Assembly: GCA_934162205.1 (NCBI GenBank)
Contig: CAKPIA010000001.1
Span: 128,058 to 192,057 of the forward strand
DNA length: 64,000 nucleotides
Source: an uncultured Clostridia bacterium
GTDB taxonomy: Bacteria > Bacillota > Clostridia > TANB77 > CAG-508
Direction: 5' to 3'
The notes below the pieces were generated by a model. That model made no database searches. It was given only the letters and a program-made list of their open reading frames with translations, and was not told where the DNA came from. Below are positions 19,788-29,304 of the stretch, one piece after another. Position numbers and translations under genes: made by a program. Every line of letters begins with the position of its first letter. The stretch's first letter is position 1.

Positions 19788-20475
19788 CTCAATTTTTACA
19801 TCTTTTAAAATACACCATGTTCCATTGCTTTCTGGAAAATCTTTAAATACCATTTCTTCTTTTGTTGTAGGATGACTAATTTTTAACTTATATGCCCATA
19901 ATGCTATTTGTTTTCCTTTACCTCTTGTTCCATATTTTTGATCACCAAATATACTATGTCCAAAATTAGATAATTGAACTCTTATTTGATGGTGTCTTCC
20001 TGTATGAAGATTTATTTTTAATAAAGATAAATTTTTTACTTCATTATATGCAAGAACTTCATAATCTAATTTAGCAAATTTACTATTTTTCTTATCTTTA
20101 TTTACAACTTTGCTTATATTATTTCTTTCATCTTTATATAAATAATCTTCTAATGTTCCGCTTCTTATTTTCTATTTTTCCATCAACAACAGCAAGATAC
20201 ATTTTGCTAAACTCTTTATTTCTTATTTGTTCACTAAGTCTTGATGCAGCTTTAGATGTTTTGGCAAATACCATAACTCCTCCAACTGGTCTATCTAATC
20301 TATGAACAAGTCCTAAATAAACATTTCCTGGTTTATTATATTTTTCTTTTATGTATTCTTTTATAATTGTAAGCATATCTATATCTTCTGTTTTATCTGA
20401 TTGTGATGGTATGTTAGGCTTTTTTTCTACAACTATTATGTGATTATCCTCATAAATAATTTTTAAATCTTGCAT
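19778..20475 (-). pseudogene. RluA-family pseudouridine synthase interrupted by a +1 frameshift. The extra base lies near plus-strand 20160.
   Basis: The N-terminal frame contains HRLDRPVGGVMVFAKT (catalytic Asp motif) and ends KIENKKRNIRRLFI*. The downstream frame continues GTLEDYLYKDERNNISK...HTGRHHQIRVQL..., the conserved RluA C-terminal core. Removing the C in AAGAAGCGGAACA restores KIENKKGTLEDY. Confidence 0.75.
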
Positions 20476-20486
20476 TTTTTCTCCTC

Positions 20487-21350
20487 TTATTTTTCCCATC
20501 TTCCATATATACCACATGGCAATATCAATTTTGACTCTTCCATTGGTAATCCAATTTCACCTGATGTTACTTTTCCTTTATATTTTTTTGATACTGTTAA
20601 TTTTAAAATATCTTGTAACACTACATTTGATATTCCTGTTGTATATGAATTTATTAAGAAAAATAAAGGATCATCTGATAATACTTTTGTACACAAATCT
20701 ACTAAATCATATATATTATTTTCAAATTGCCATACTTCTCCATTTGTTCCTCTACCATATGATGGTGGATCCATTATTATTGCATCATATTTATTTTCTC
20801 TTCTTATTTCTCTATTAACAAATTTTACAACATCATCAACTATATATCTTACTTTTCTATCTTCTAAACCTGATGAAACAACATTTTCTTTTGCCCATGT
20901 AACCATTCCTTTTGAACTATCAACATGACAACAAGATGCTCCCGCTGATAAACAGGCAACTGTTGCACCACCAGTATATGCAAATAAATTTAGCACTTTT
21001 ATTTCTCTTTTTTCTGATTTTATTTTATCTATCATCCAATCCCAATTAACTGCTTGTTCTGGGAATAAACCTGTATGTTTAAATCCCATTGGCTTTATAT
21101 TAAAAGTTAAATCTTTATATTTTATTTGCCATTGTTTTGGCATTTTTTTATTATATTCCCATGCTCCACCACCAGTTTTACTTCTATGATATGTAGCATT
21201 TATTTCATTCCATTTTTTTGGAAAACTTTTATCTTTCCAAATTATTTGTGGATCTGGTCTAGATAAAACAACATTTCCCCATCTTTCTAACTTTTGTCCA
21301 TCTGCCATATCTAATATTTTATAATCTTTCCAATCATTTGCTATATTCAT
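20487..21350 (-). CDS. Class I SAM-dependent RNA methyltransferase (RlmI/RlmK-like, COG1092).
   Basis: LNLFAYTGGATVA SAM-binding and DPPSY motifs. Length is 287 aa. Confidence 0.7.
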   Translation of the reverse strand: MNIANDWKDYKILDMADGQKLERWGNVVLSRPDPQIIWKDKSFPKKWNEINATYHRSKTGGGAWEYNKKMPKQWQIKYKDLTFNIKPMGFKHTGLFPEQAVNWDWMIDKIKSEKREIKVLNLFAYTGGATVACLSAGASCCHVDSSKGMVTWAKENVVSSGLEDRKVRYIVDDVVKFVNREIRRENKYDAIIMDPPSYGRGTNGEVWQFENNIYDLVDLCTKVLSDDPLFFLINSYTTGISNVVLQDILKLTVSKKYKGKVTSGEIGLPMEESKLILPCGIYGRWEK

Positions 21351-21429
21351 TTTTATCTCCTAAAAAAATAATACTATTTAATAATAGTATTATTTTAACA
21401 TATTTTTATTAATTCTCCAATATTGTTCT

Positions 21430-21810
21430 TTAAATATTTGCCAATTTTTTTCTTATCTCCAAAATTTTTTGTCTATAATATTCAATTTCTTCTTGTTCCT
21501 TTTTTATTCTTTCATCATATTTTAAAGAAATCTTTTCTTTTTCTTCATCAGATAATTCATATTCTTTTACAAGACCTTTTCTAAAATTTTGAAACATTAT
21601 TTCATTTTCATCTAATCTTGCAACATTATTTTTTATACTATTAGTTGTTTTTTTCTCTTCTTTAATAACATTGATATTTTCCGTATTATCTTTATTAAAA
21701 ATTCTTTTGATAAATCTAATTATTTTATTAAATATATTATCTTCTTTTATAACCATAATACTTTTATCATTTGATTTATTCATCATTTTTTTCTTCTGGA
21801 TCCTTTCCAC
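21430..21810 (-). CDS. Hypothetical coiled-coil protein.
   Basis: Charged, K/E-rich 126-aa ORF overlapping the upstream gene by 35 nt (operon). Confidence 0.4.
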   Translation of the reverse strand: MERIQKKKMMNKSNDKSIMVIKEDNIFNKIIRFIKRIFNKDNTENINVIKEEKKTTNSIKNNVARLDENEIMFQNFRKGLVKEYELSDEEKEKISLKYDERIKKEQEEIEYYRQKILEIRKKLANI

Positions 21811-23173
21811 TTTTATCTAATTGAGCATATTCTCTATAAAGTTCCTTTGCCTCTGCTTTTTCTTTTTCAAGTTTTCTTAATTTTTTCTCTTTTTCAGTTA
21901 ATTCTGTATCTTTACCTAACTCATTATATTTTTCTAATACAGATCCAAACTTTGAATATAAATAATCTTTTTCTACTTTTGCAACTTGATATAAATACCA
22001 ATTTTGCTCTGTTCTTTCTTCATCTTTATAATCTGTATTTTCTAGAAATTCTCTTAATTTAATACCATCATTTTTTCCAAACTGTCTTAAACTAGAAGCT
22101 CTACTCTTTAAGAATTCTAATATTTGATTTTTTTCTTCATCCTCTCCATCAAATTGTCTCAAATAACGCATCATTTCAAAATCTATATTTCTACCTTTAT
22201 TAAAATATTCTTCTCTTTCACCTATTTCTCTTTTTTCTGTTTCATTTATTATTGTTTCTATATCTTTTCCATTTAAATCATCAATTTTTTGTTCCTGTAA
22301 AACTTGAAGATATTTTTCAATTCTTCCATCTGGATTTTTTTCTTTAAATTTTAAACCTATTAAATATTGCTGTACTTTACTTATAACTCTTTTTTCTTGA
22401 ATTCTTAAATATATTGGATATAATTTATTTTCTTTACTCCCAGTTTCATTTTCCATTGCTTTTAAACATTCAAGAATTGTATCTTTATCTAATCTTTGTA
22501 TATTCTTTATATAATTAGAAAGAATTCTTTCTTTATTTGTAACATCAATTTCTTTATTAGCCATAAAATTAATTAAACTATCTTGATATAATTCGACATC
22601 TGTTTCGCTTATTCCATTTAATACTTCTAATCTTTCTGTAACTTCTTGTCCTATTTTCTTTATATCTTCTTCTGGCATACGATTTATATCAACAGTTGCC
22701 TGTGGCATTCTTTTTTCTAAATCTTCATAATTTAAAAGTTTTTCAATTTTAACTTTTCTTTCTATTTCTATTCCTTCTACTGGAATATTTCCATCTTTTA
22801 TTGAGTGAAAAATGCTTTTTCCTTCTTCTGTAAATTGAGTATCACTTATTTCTTTTAACCTTGTAATTAATGTATTTGTAAATCTTTTATCTATTTTATC
22901 ATCTGAAATAGATACTAAAATTCTTCTACATAATTGTTCAACATTTTTTAAATTACCCTGTTTAAATTCTGCAATTGCAATTCTATTATTGTGACTCTTT
23001 TTTCCTTCTTGTGAATCTAAAGAAACTATATAATAAATTTCCCCATTTTCAACCCTTGAAAAAATTTTCACATTAGGATTTTTCAGCATTTCTTTATTTA
23101 ATTTAACTATATTTTTCTTTTCCATATTCTTCACCAGTTTAATGATATTATTAAGTTTTATTTTTGTCAACAA
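21776..23173 (-). CDS. Hypothetical 465-aa charged protein.
   Basis: Long ORF in an AT-rich genome, where long spurious ORFs are improbable. No recognisable motifs. Confidence 0.5.
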   Translation of the reverse strand: MLTKIKLNNIIKLVKNMEKKNIVKLNKEMLKNPNVKIFSRVENGEIYYIVSLDSQEGKKSHNNRIAIAEFKQGNLKNVEQLCRRILVSISDDKIDKRFTNTLITRLKEISDTQFTEEGKSIFHSIKDGNIPVEGIEIERKVKIEKLLNYEDLEKRMPQATVDINRMPEEDIKKIGQEVTERLEVLNGISETDVELYQDSLINFMANKEIDVTNKERILSNYIKNIQRLDKDTILECLKAMENETGSKENKLYPIYLRIQEKRVISKVQQYLIGLKFKEKNPDGRIEKYLQVLQEQKIDDLNGKDIETIINETEKREIGEREEYFNKGRNIDFEMMRYLRQFDGEDEEKNQILEFLKSRASSLRQFGKNDGIKLREFLENTDYKDEERTEQNWYLYQVAKVEKDYLYSKFGSVLEKYNELGKDTELTEKEKKLRKLEKEKAEAKELYREYAQLDKSGKDPEEKNDE

Positions 23174-23179
23174 TTAAAA

Positions 23180-23389
23180 TTATATATTTTCTAAAATATT
23201 AATAATATTGTATATTAATAAAAAATCAATTATCGAAAAAATAATAAATGACATTATCGTTATAGAAAATATTATATGATTCTTTAAAAATTTATTAAAT
23301 CTACTGATTAAACTTTTTTGTTTTATCTCCAATCTATTTAGTTTTGTGTTATAAGTTATGTTAAAAATTTCATCTTTTGCAAATTCCAT
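23180..23389 (-). CDS. Small membrane protein of 69 aa.
   Basis: C-terminal TM helix. It is the first gene of a three-gene minus-strand unit downstream of uvrC. Confidence 0.35.
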   Translation of the reverse strand: MEFAKDEIFNITYNTKLNRLEIKQKSLISRFNKFLKNHIIFSITIMSFIIFSIIDFLLIYNIINILENI

Positions 23390-23478
23390 AAAATCTCCCC
23401 CTCTATTTTATTTCATAACTAATATATTCCTATTTTTATAAATTAGAACAAAAACTTATAGCAAAAAAGAGTCAACAA

Positions 23479-25263
23479 CTACAATTGTTTGACTCTTTTT
23501 GCTAATTTTTCTGTCATTCCTTTGACTTTCAACAAATCTTTTATATCTGCCTTTTTTATATTTTCTATACTTCCAAATTCTTTTAGTAATACTTTCTTTT
23601 TTACTTCACCAATTCCATTAATATTATCTAATTCAGATTTTGTAATAGATTTATCTCTTAACTTTCTATGATATGTTATTGCCGTATCGTGTACAGTATC
23701 TTGAAATCTAGTTATTAATTTCATTAATTCTTCTGATATTTCAAACTCTTTCCTATTTTTATCTATTAGTGCCCTAGTTTGATGTTTATCATTTTTTACC
23801 ATACCATATACCGGAATATTTACGTTTTTATATTTAGAAACAGCTCTTTTTACTGCTTTTATTTGTGTTATTCCTCCATCAACTAATATCAAATCTGGCA
23901 TTTTTCCAAAACCACCATTTTTATTTTCTAAAGAATGTTTTATTCTTCTTGTTACAACTTCTTCCATACACTTTGGATCATCTTGTCCATAAACTGTTTT
24001 TATTTTAAATCGTCTAGATAAATTTTTCTTTATTTGTCCATCTTGAATAACACACATAGCAGCCACCGTAAAATCTCCTGATATATTAGAAATATCATAT
24101 GTTTCTATTTTTCTTGGTAATTTGTCCAAATTTAATACTTCTTTTAATTCAAGTATTACTTCATTGTTATTTTTCTCTTTGTTCTCCAAAGTAACTTTAC
24201 TATTTAATTCTGCCATTTCAACGAATCTTAATTTTTCGCCTTTTTTAGGGCTTCTTAATTCCACTTTTCTTCCCGCTTCTGTGGATAACCATTGTTCTAT
24301 TGCATCTTTATCTTCTAATTCATCTCTTAACATTATTTTACTTGGAATATTAGGATTTTCAAAATAATATTGTTTTATAAATCCTGATATTATTTCTTTA
24401 TCTTCCATTTCTTTTACATCTTTTATAAAATAATGTTCTCTTCCTATCATTTTACTACCACGAACAAAAAATATTTCTATACAAACTTCTATATCTGATT
24501 TTGCCATTCCAATAACATCAATATTATTTTCTGAAATATTAGAAACTTTTTGTTTTGCAGAAGCTCTTTCTATTGCTAATTTTCTGTCTCTTATATATGC
24601 TGCTTGTTCAAAATCAAGTTTTTCTGATGCTAATTTCATTTTTTCGTCTAACTCTTTTAATATTTTTTCTGTTTTTCCTTCTAATAAATCAATTATTTCA
24701 TCTATTTGTTTTCTATATTCTTCTTTTGTAACATATCCCATACATGGAGCCATACATCTTTTTATATGATAATTTAGACAAGGTCTGGTTCTCTCTTTAA
24801 AATTTCTACATTGACGTATTTTATATTTTTGTTTTATAAAATCTACCATTTCTTTTGCTGCACCTGGATTAGCATATGGTCCAAAATATTTAGAACCATC
24901 ATTTATAACTCTTCTTGTTATATATACCCCAGGAAAATCTGATTTCACATCTATTTTTATATATGGATATGTTTTATCATCTTTTAGCAAAACATTAAAT
25001 TTAGGTCTATTCTTTTTTATTAAATTACATTCTAATATTAATGCCTCTGCTTCATTATCTACTACTATATATTCAAAATGGTCTATTAAACTTACCATTT
25101 TTTTTATTCTTTCTGTTTTATTAGTTTTTCTAAAATATGATCTAACACGATTTTTTAGTGAGATGGCTTTTCCAACATATATAATTGTATCATTTTTATC
25201 TCTCATTATATAAACTCCAGGCTTTCCTGGTAATTTTTTTAGTTCTTCTTCTATATTGAACAT
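23479..25263 (-). CDS. uvrC: Excinuclease ABC subunit C.
   Basis: GIY-YIG N-terminus (GVYIMRDKNDTIIYVGKAISLKNRVRSYF), UvrBC-interaction region, and a C-terminal HhH. Confidence 0.95.
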   Translation of the reverse strand: MFNIEEELKKLPGKPGVYIMRDKNDTIIYVGKAISLKNRVRSYFRKTNKTERIKKMVSLIDHFEYIVVDNEAEALILECNLIKKNRPKFNVLLKDDKTYPYIKIDVKSDFPGVYITRRVINDGSKYFGPYANPGAAKEMVDFIKQKYKIRQCRNFKERTRPCLNYHIKRCMAPCMGYVTKEEYRKQIDEIIDLLEGKTEKILKELDEKMKLASEKLDFEQAAYIRDRKLAIERASAKQKVSNISENNIDVIGMAKSDIEVCIEIFFVRGSKMIGREHYFIKDVKEMEDKEIISGFIKQYYFENPNIPSKIMLRDELEDKDAIEQWLSTEAGRKVELRSPKKGEKLRFVEMAELNSKVTLENKEKNNNEVILELKEVLNLDKLPRKIETYDISNISGDFTVAAMCVIQDGQIKKNLSRRFKIKTVYGQDDPKCMEEVVTRRIKHSLENKNGGFGKMPDLILVDGGITQIKAVKRAVSKYKNVNIPVYGMVKNDKHQTRALIDKNRKEFEISEELMKLITRFQDTVHDTAITYHRKLRDKSITKSELDNINGIGEVKKKVLLKEFGSIENIKKADIKDLLKVKGMTEKLAKRVKQL

Positions 25264-25461
25264 TTTTCCTCCATAACTTATAGTAATTATGTATTTCTCT
25301 ATAATTAATATATAATATTATTTAATAAAAGACAATATTATACTAACACTATTATTAGAAATTTTTAAAAAAACTTGCAACTTTTTTGGTATTATTGTAA
25401 TATAATAAAGTAAAATTGAAAGGCAAATAATAAAATTTAAAAGAAAGGAGTTTATTTATTA

Positions 25462-25640
25462 CATAGCGCCTGGACAGTTTATACTGTTGACGAGGACTAA
25501 AGTTATCGAAAAATTCGGCGGATGCTTTAGTGGCATAGCTACTGTCATAGATATTAATAAAAAACAATAGTGATATTGTAACAGAGTTAATATTAGTAGC
25601 TATTATTTGTATGCTTTCAATTCCAATAATATTTTTTAAG
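25462..25640 (+). ncRNA. glmS_ribozyme: glmS ribozyme (GlcN6P-responsive self-cleaving riboswitch).
   Basis: AGCGCCUGGACAGUU...GACGAGGA...GUUAUCGAAAAAUUCGGCGGAUGC core blocks immediately upstream of glmS. Confidence 0.8.
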
Positions 25641-25651
25641 GAGGATTCACT

Positions 25652-27475
25652 ATGTGTGGAATTGTAGGTTATATAGGAACAAAAAAAGCCAGTCCTATAC
25701 TTATTAATGGGCTTTTAAAATTAGAATATAGAGGTTATGATTCAGCAGGAATTTCAACAATTGAAAATGGCTCTATATCAGTTATGAAAGATAAAGGAAG
25801 AGTAAAAAATTTATACGATTTAGACGGAATTAATGATTTAGTTGGAACTGTTGGTATTGCTCATACAAGATGGGCAACTCATGGAAAACCATCTAAAGAA
25901 AACTCTCATCCTCATTTAGATAATACAAATACTTTTTGTGTTGTACATAATGGAATAATTGAGAATTATAATGAATTGCGTGAATTTTTAAAAGATAATG
26001 GATATACTTTCTATTCTGAAACAGATACAGAAGTTATTCCAAATTTAATATCTTATTATTATAAAAAAGGAAATGATTTCTTAAAATCTGTAAATCTTAC
26101 TTGTAATGATTTAAAAGGAAGTTATGCAATTGAAGTTATTTGTAAAGATTTTCCAGACAATATGATTGTTGCAAGAAAAGATAGTCCTTTAGTAATTGGA
26201 AAAGCAGAAAATGAAACATTCATTTCTTCCGATATTCCAGCACTAATATCATTTACAAACACATTCTACTTTTTAAACGATAATGAGATGGCATATATAT
26301 CTAAAGATGATATTAAATTTTATGATAATACCCTAAACGAATTATCTAAAGAATTAACAACTGTAGAATTATCTGCTGATAGTGCTGATAAAGATGGATT
26401 TGAAGATTATATGTTAAAAGAAATTTTTGAACAACCAAAAGCAATAAGAGAAACTATTGGAACATCACTTAATGGTTCAAAAATTCATTTTGAAGGATTA
26501 AATTTAGCAAAAGAATATTTATCTACAATAAATAAAATTTATATGATAGCATGTGGTACTGCAATGCATGCAGGACTTGGTGTAAAATCTAATTTTGAAA
26601 CATTATGCAACATCCCAGTTACAGTTGAAGTTGCTTCAGAATTTAGATATAGAAATCCATTAATTGATGACAAAACTTTATGTATTTATATAAGTCAATC
26701 TGGTGAAACAGCAGATACAATTGCAGCTCTTAAACTTGCAAAATCAAAAGGTGCAAAAACAATTGCAGTTACAAATGTTATAGAAAGTTCTATAACTAGA
26801 GAAGCAGATTATTTTGTATATACTCATGCTGGTCCAGAAATAGCTGTTGCATCAACAAAAGCTTATACATCACAATTAGTTTTACTTAATATTATGGCTC
26901 TTTATTTTGCAGAAACATTAGAAAGTTGTTCTCAAAATAGAATTGATAATATTAAAAAAGAAATTTTAAAACTTTCTGAAAAAGCAGAAGAAATTCTAGA
27001 AAATACAGAAAAAATAAAAGAAATTGCTAAAAAGATTTCTTCACAAAAATATATGTTCTATTTAGGTAGAGGTATTGATTATCCAGTAGCCATGGAAGGT
27101 GCTTTAAAATTAAAAGAAATTTCTTATATTTTCGCAGAAGCTTATCCTTCTGGAGAATTAAAACATGGACCTATTGCTTTAATAGAAAATGGAGTTTCAG
27201 TTATAAATATATTAACAAATTCTACTTTAGTTGAAAAATCTTTAAGTAATGTTCAAGAAGTTGTAACTCGTGGTGCAAATTGTATTATAATTACAAATCA
27301 AGACTTTGATACATCTAGTTTTGAAAATGTAATAAAAATACCAGAAATTTCTGCACTTGTATCACCTATTTTATCTGTTATTCCTCTTCAATTACTTGCT
27401 TACTATATAACTAAAGAAAAAGGATTAGATGTTGATAAACCTAGAAATTTAGCAAAATCTGTAACTGTTGAATAA
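25652..27475 (+). CDS. glmS: Glutamine--fructose-6-phosphate aminotransferase.
   Basis: N-terminal MCGIVGYIG (Cys2 nucleophile), two SIS domains. Length is 607 aa. Confidence 0.95.
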   Translation: MCGIVGYIGTKKASPILINGLLKLEYRGYDSAGISTIENGSISVMKDKGRVKNLYDLDGINDLVGTVGIAHTRWATHGKPSKENSHPHLDNTNTFCVVHNGIIENYNELREFLKDNGYTFYSETDTEVIPNLISYYYKKGNDFLKSVNLTCNDLKGSYAIEVICKDFPDNMIVARKDSPLVIGKAENETFISSDIPALISFTNTFYFLNDNEMAYISKDDIKFYDNTLNELSKELTTVELSADSADKDGFEDYMLKEIFEQPKAIRETIGTSLNGSKIHFEGLNLAKEYLSTINKIYMIACGTAMHAGLGVKSNFETLCNIPVTVEVASEFRYRNPLIDDKTLCIYISQSGETADTIAALKLAKSKGAKTIAVTNVIESSITREADYFVYTHAGPEIAVASTKAYTSQLVLLNIMALYFAETLESCSQNRIDNIKKEILKLSEKAEEILENTEKIKEIAKKISSQKYMFYLGRGIDYPVAMEGALKLKEISYIFAEAYPSGELKHGPIALIENGVSVINILTNSTLVEKSLSNVQEVVTRGANCIIITNQDFDTSSFENVIKIPEISALVSPILSVIPLQLLAYYITKEKGLDVDKPRNLAKSVTVE

Positions 27476-27484
27476 ATAAATTTA

Positions 27485-27520
27485 AAACTCTTAGAATTTT
27501 ATTCTAAGAGTTCTTTTTTA
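27485..27520 (+). terminator. glmS terminator.
   Basis: AAACTCTTAGAAT..ATTCTAAGAGTT stem plus a T-tract. Confidence 0.65.
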
Positions 27521-27534
27521 TTAAATAAACTATA

Positions 27535-27670
27535 ACTAACTATATATTGTTTTTCTATACCTTGCTGTCGCATCCTTCGGATTCCTTTCTAAGGAAGGAT
27601 GCTTCATTCGCCCTCCGCTACGCTCCGGTTGCTCGCTGCGCGGTATTTGAAAAACAATATATAGTTAGTC
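27535..27670 (-). repeat. MITE-like repeat, copy A (inverted relative to copies B and C).
   Basis: 21-bp perfect TIR ACTAACTATATATTGTTTTTC / GAAAAACAATATATAGTTAGT flanking a conserved GC-rich core with a nested hairpin (GCATCCTTC...GAAGGATGC). Confidence 0.8.
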
Positions 27671-27682
27671 TATTTTTAATTT

Positions 27683-27943
27683 TTATCCTATAAGTAATTT
27701 TATTAATATTAATGCAATTGCTCCTGGTATTCCTAAAATTCCAATAGCTATTGATGTAACTAAATTTAATCCTATATGAAACTCGAAACTACTTCCAATA
27801 ATATTAATCACATATATTAATCCTCCACCCAATATTGAATTAAAAACTAATTTTAAAACTTTTTTTACAGGTAAAGCAAACACTCTACCTATTAAGAACA
27901 AAAAACAAACACAAGCCAAAAAAGTTATTATATTTTGATTCAT
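27683..27943 (-). CDS. bofA: Pro-sigmaK processing inhibitor BofA.
   Basis: 86-aa two-TM protein. LNLVTSIAIGILGIPGAIALILIK matches the BofA consensus. Confidence 0.8.
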   Translation of the reverse strand: MNQNIITFLACVCFLFLIGRVFALPVKKVLKLVFNSILGGGLIYVINIIGSSFEFHIGLNLVTSIAIGILGIPGAIALILIKLLIG

Positions 27944-28012
27944 ACTTTCACCTCAAAAGATAGTAATAATTTCTTATTACTATCTTTATGATTTATTATG
28001 GACAAATATTAC

Positions 28013-28291
28013 TTATACTGCCTCATTTTCCATCCTTAATTTAAGTTCATTTATTCTATCCAATGCAATTCCTCTACTTTTAGCCATTCTTATTAAATAA
28101 TCCAGTTTTTCTTGGCTAGCTTTTATCTGATATGTGTAATAATCAATCATATCAAATTCTGCATGCTCAAAATTATTATTTGCATTTTGTAACTCTCTTT
28201 TTGCAGTCATTATACTTTTAATTAATTCCATTTTTTGTTCTTCTTCTGTCATTTCTAAAATCTTTTGTTCTCTTAGATATTCATTTTGCAT
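28013..28291 (-). CDS. YaaL-like protein (DUF2508).
   Basis: 92-aa charged protein in the conserved yaaL-bofA arrangement. Confidence 0.55.
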   Translation of the reverse strand: MQNEYLREQKILEMTEEEQKMELIKSIMTAKRELQNANNNFEHAEFDMIDYYTYQIKASQEKLDYLIRMAKSRGIALDRINELKLRMENEAV

Positions 28292-28352
28292 AATTATCTC
28301 CTATATATATTTTTTAGTATTATATGCCAACTATATAAATTTATTCAAAATT

Positions 28353-29180
28353 TTATACTAAACTATATATAACAATACCAATAGATTGAATAACAAAAAG
28401 ATTTAAAATATTTGATGTTAATAAATTATTTGTAGATTCTACAACTCCTAAAATTGCATCATTATTTTTTTTATGATGTTTTTGAGCTTCAAAAAAAGTA
28501 ATCAGTTCTGGAATGCTTGTTACAAATCCAAGTAAAATTCCTATAATTTTTTGTGGAATATTAAATATATTACACAAATTTTCTAAAGTATCTCCTAATC
28601 TATTTCCTATAAAAAATAGTATAATTCCGGTTACAAATAAATATATTATATATTTAATAACTTTCCCCTTTTCTTTAGAATTTTCTTTAATCTCTTCATC
28701 ATTTTCTTTTTCATTTAAATAAAATTTATGTGCATTATGATTTAATACTAAAAACAGGCTATATAGTAAAATAAATATTGGAACTAGTTGAATATTAACA
28801 TTAATTTTAAAAAGCATTATAATTATTGGAATTGCTATTGTTACTGCAACCATTATAATATCTATTTTTAATGCCCTATTTTTTAAAACCTTTTGATTTT
28901 TATTTAAAATAATTGCAAATACATATTGTATTAAATTTATAATGTTTGAACTTATTACATTATATATACTTGCACCTATCAATCCATTAAAACTTGATAT
29001 TCCAATTGTCAACAACTCTGGCATTGATGTTGCATAACCTGCAATATTTCCAACAATTCTTGGCTTTAAATTTAAACTTTCTGCTAATCTTCTTAAAACA
29101 CTTACTAATATATATTTAGATATTAATACAATTACCCCTAAATATATTATAAATTTTATAATTTCAAAAAATAAGCTCAT
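28353..29180 (-). CDS. Sodium/calcium exchanger family (CaCA) membrane protein.
   Basis: Two alpha-repeat motifs, GYATSMPELLT and GFVTSIPELIT. Confidence 0.8.
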   Translation of the reverse strand: MSLFFEIIKFIIYLGVIVLISKYILVSVLRRLAESLNLKPRIVGNIAGYATSMPELLTIGISSFNGLIGASIYNVISSNIINLIQYVFAIILNKNQKVLKNRALKIDIIMVAVTIAIPIIIMLFKINVNIQLVPIFILLYSLFLVLNHNAHKFYLNEKENDEEIKENSKEKGKVIKYIIYLFVTGIILFFIGNRLGDTLENLCNIFNIPQKIIGILLGFVTSIPELITFFEAQKHHKKNNDAILGVVESTNNLLTSNILNLFVIQSIGIVIYSLV

Positions 29181-29304
29181 TATTATTTTTCCTCTTTAAA
29201 TATTTTCTTTAAACTTTTTGTAATATTATTTCCAATTTATTGCTAATTATTATATTTTATTATATAATATGAACTATTAAAGTAATTTTATAGGGGGTAT
29301 TAAA

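Noticed and set aside
29181-29304. Possible T-box leaders upstream of serS and gltX.
   Set aside because: The intergenic regions are too short (about 120-130 nt). They lack the T-box sequence (AANNNGGGTGGNACCGCG) and a specifier/antiterminator architecture.
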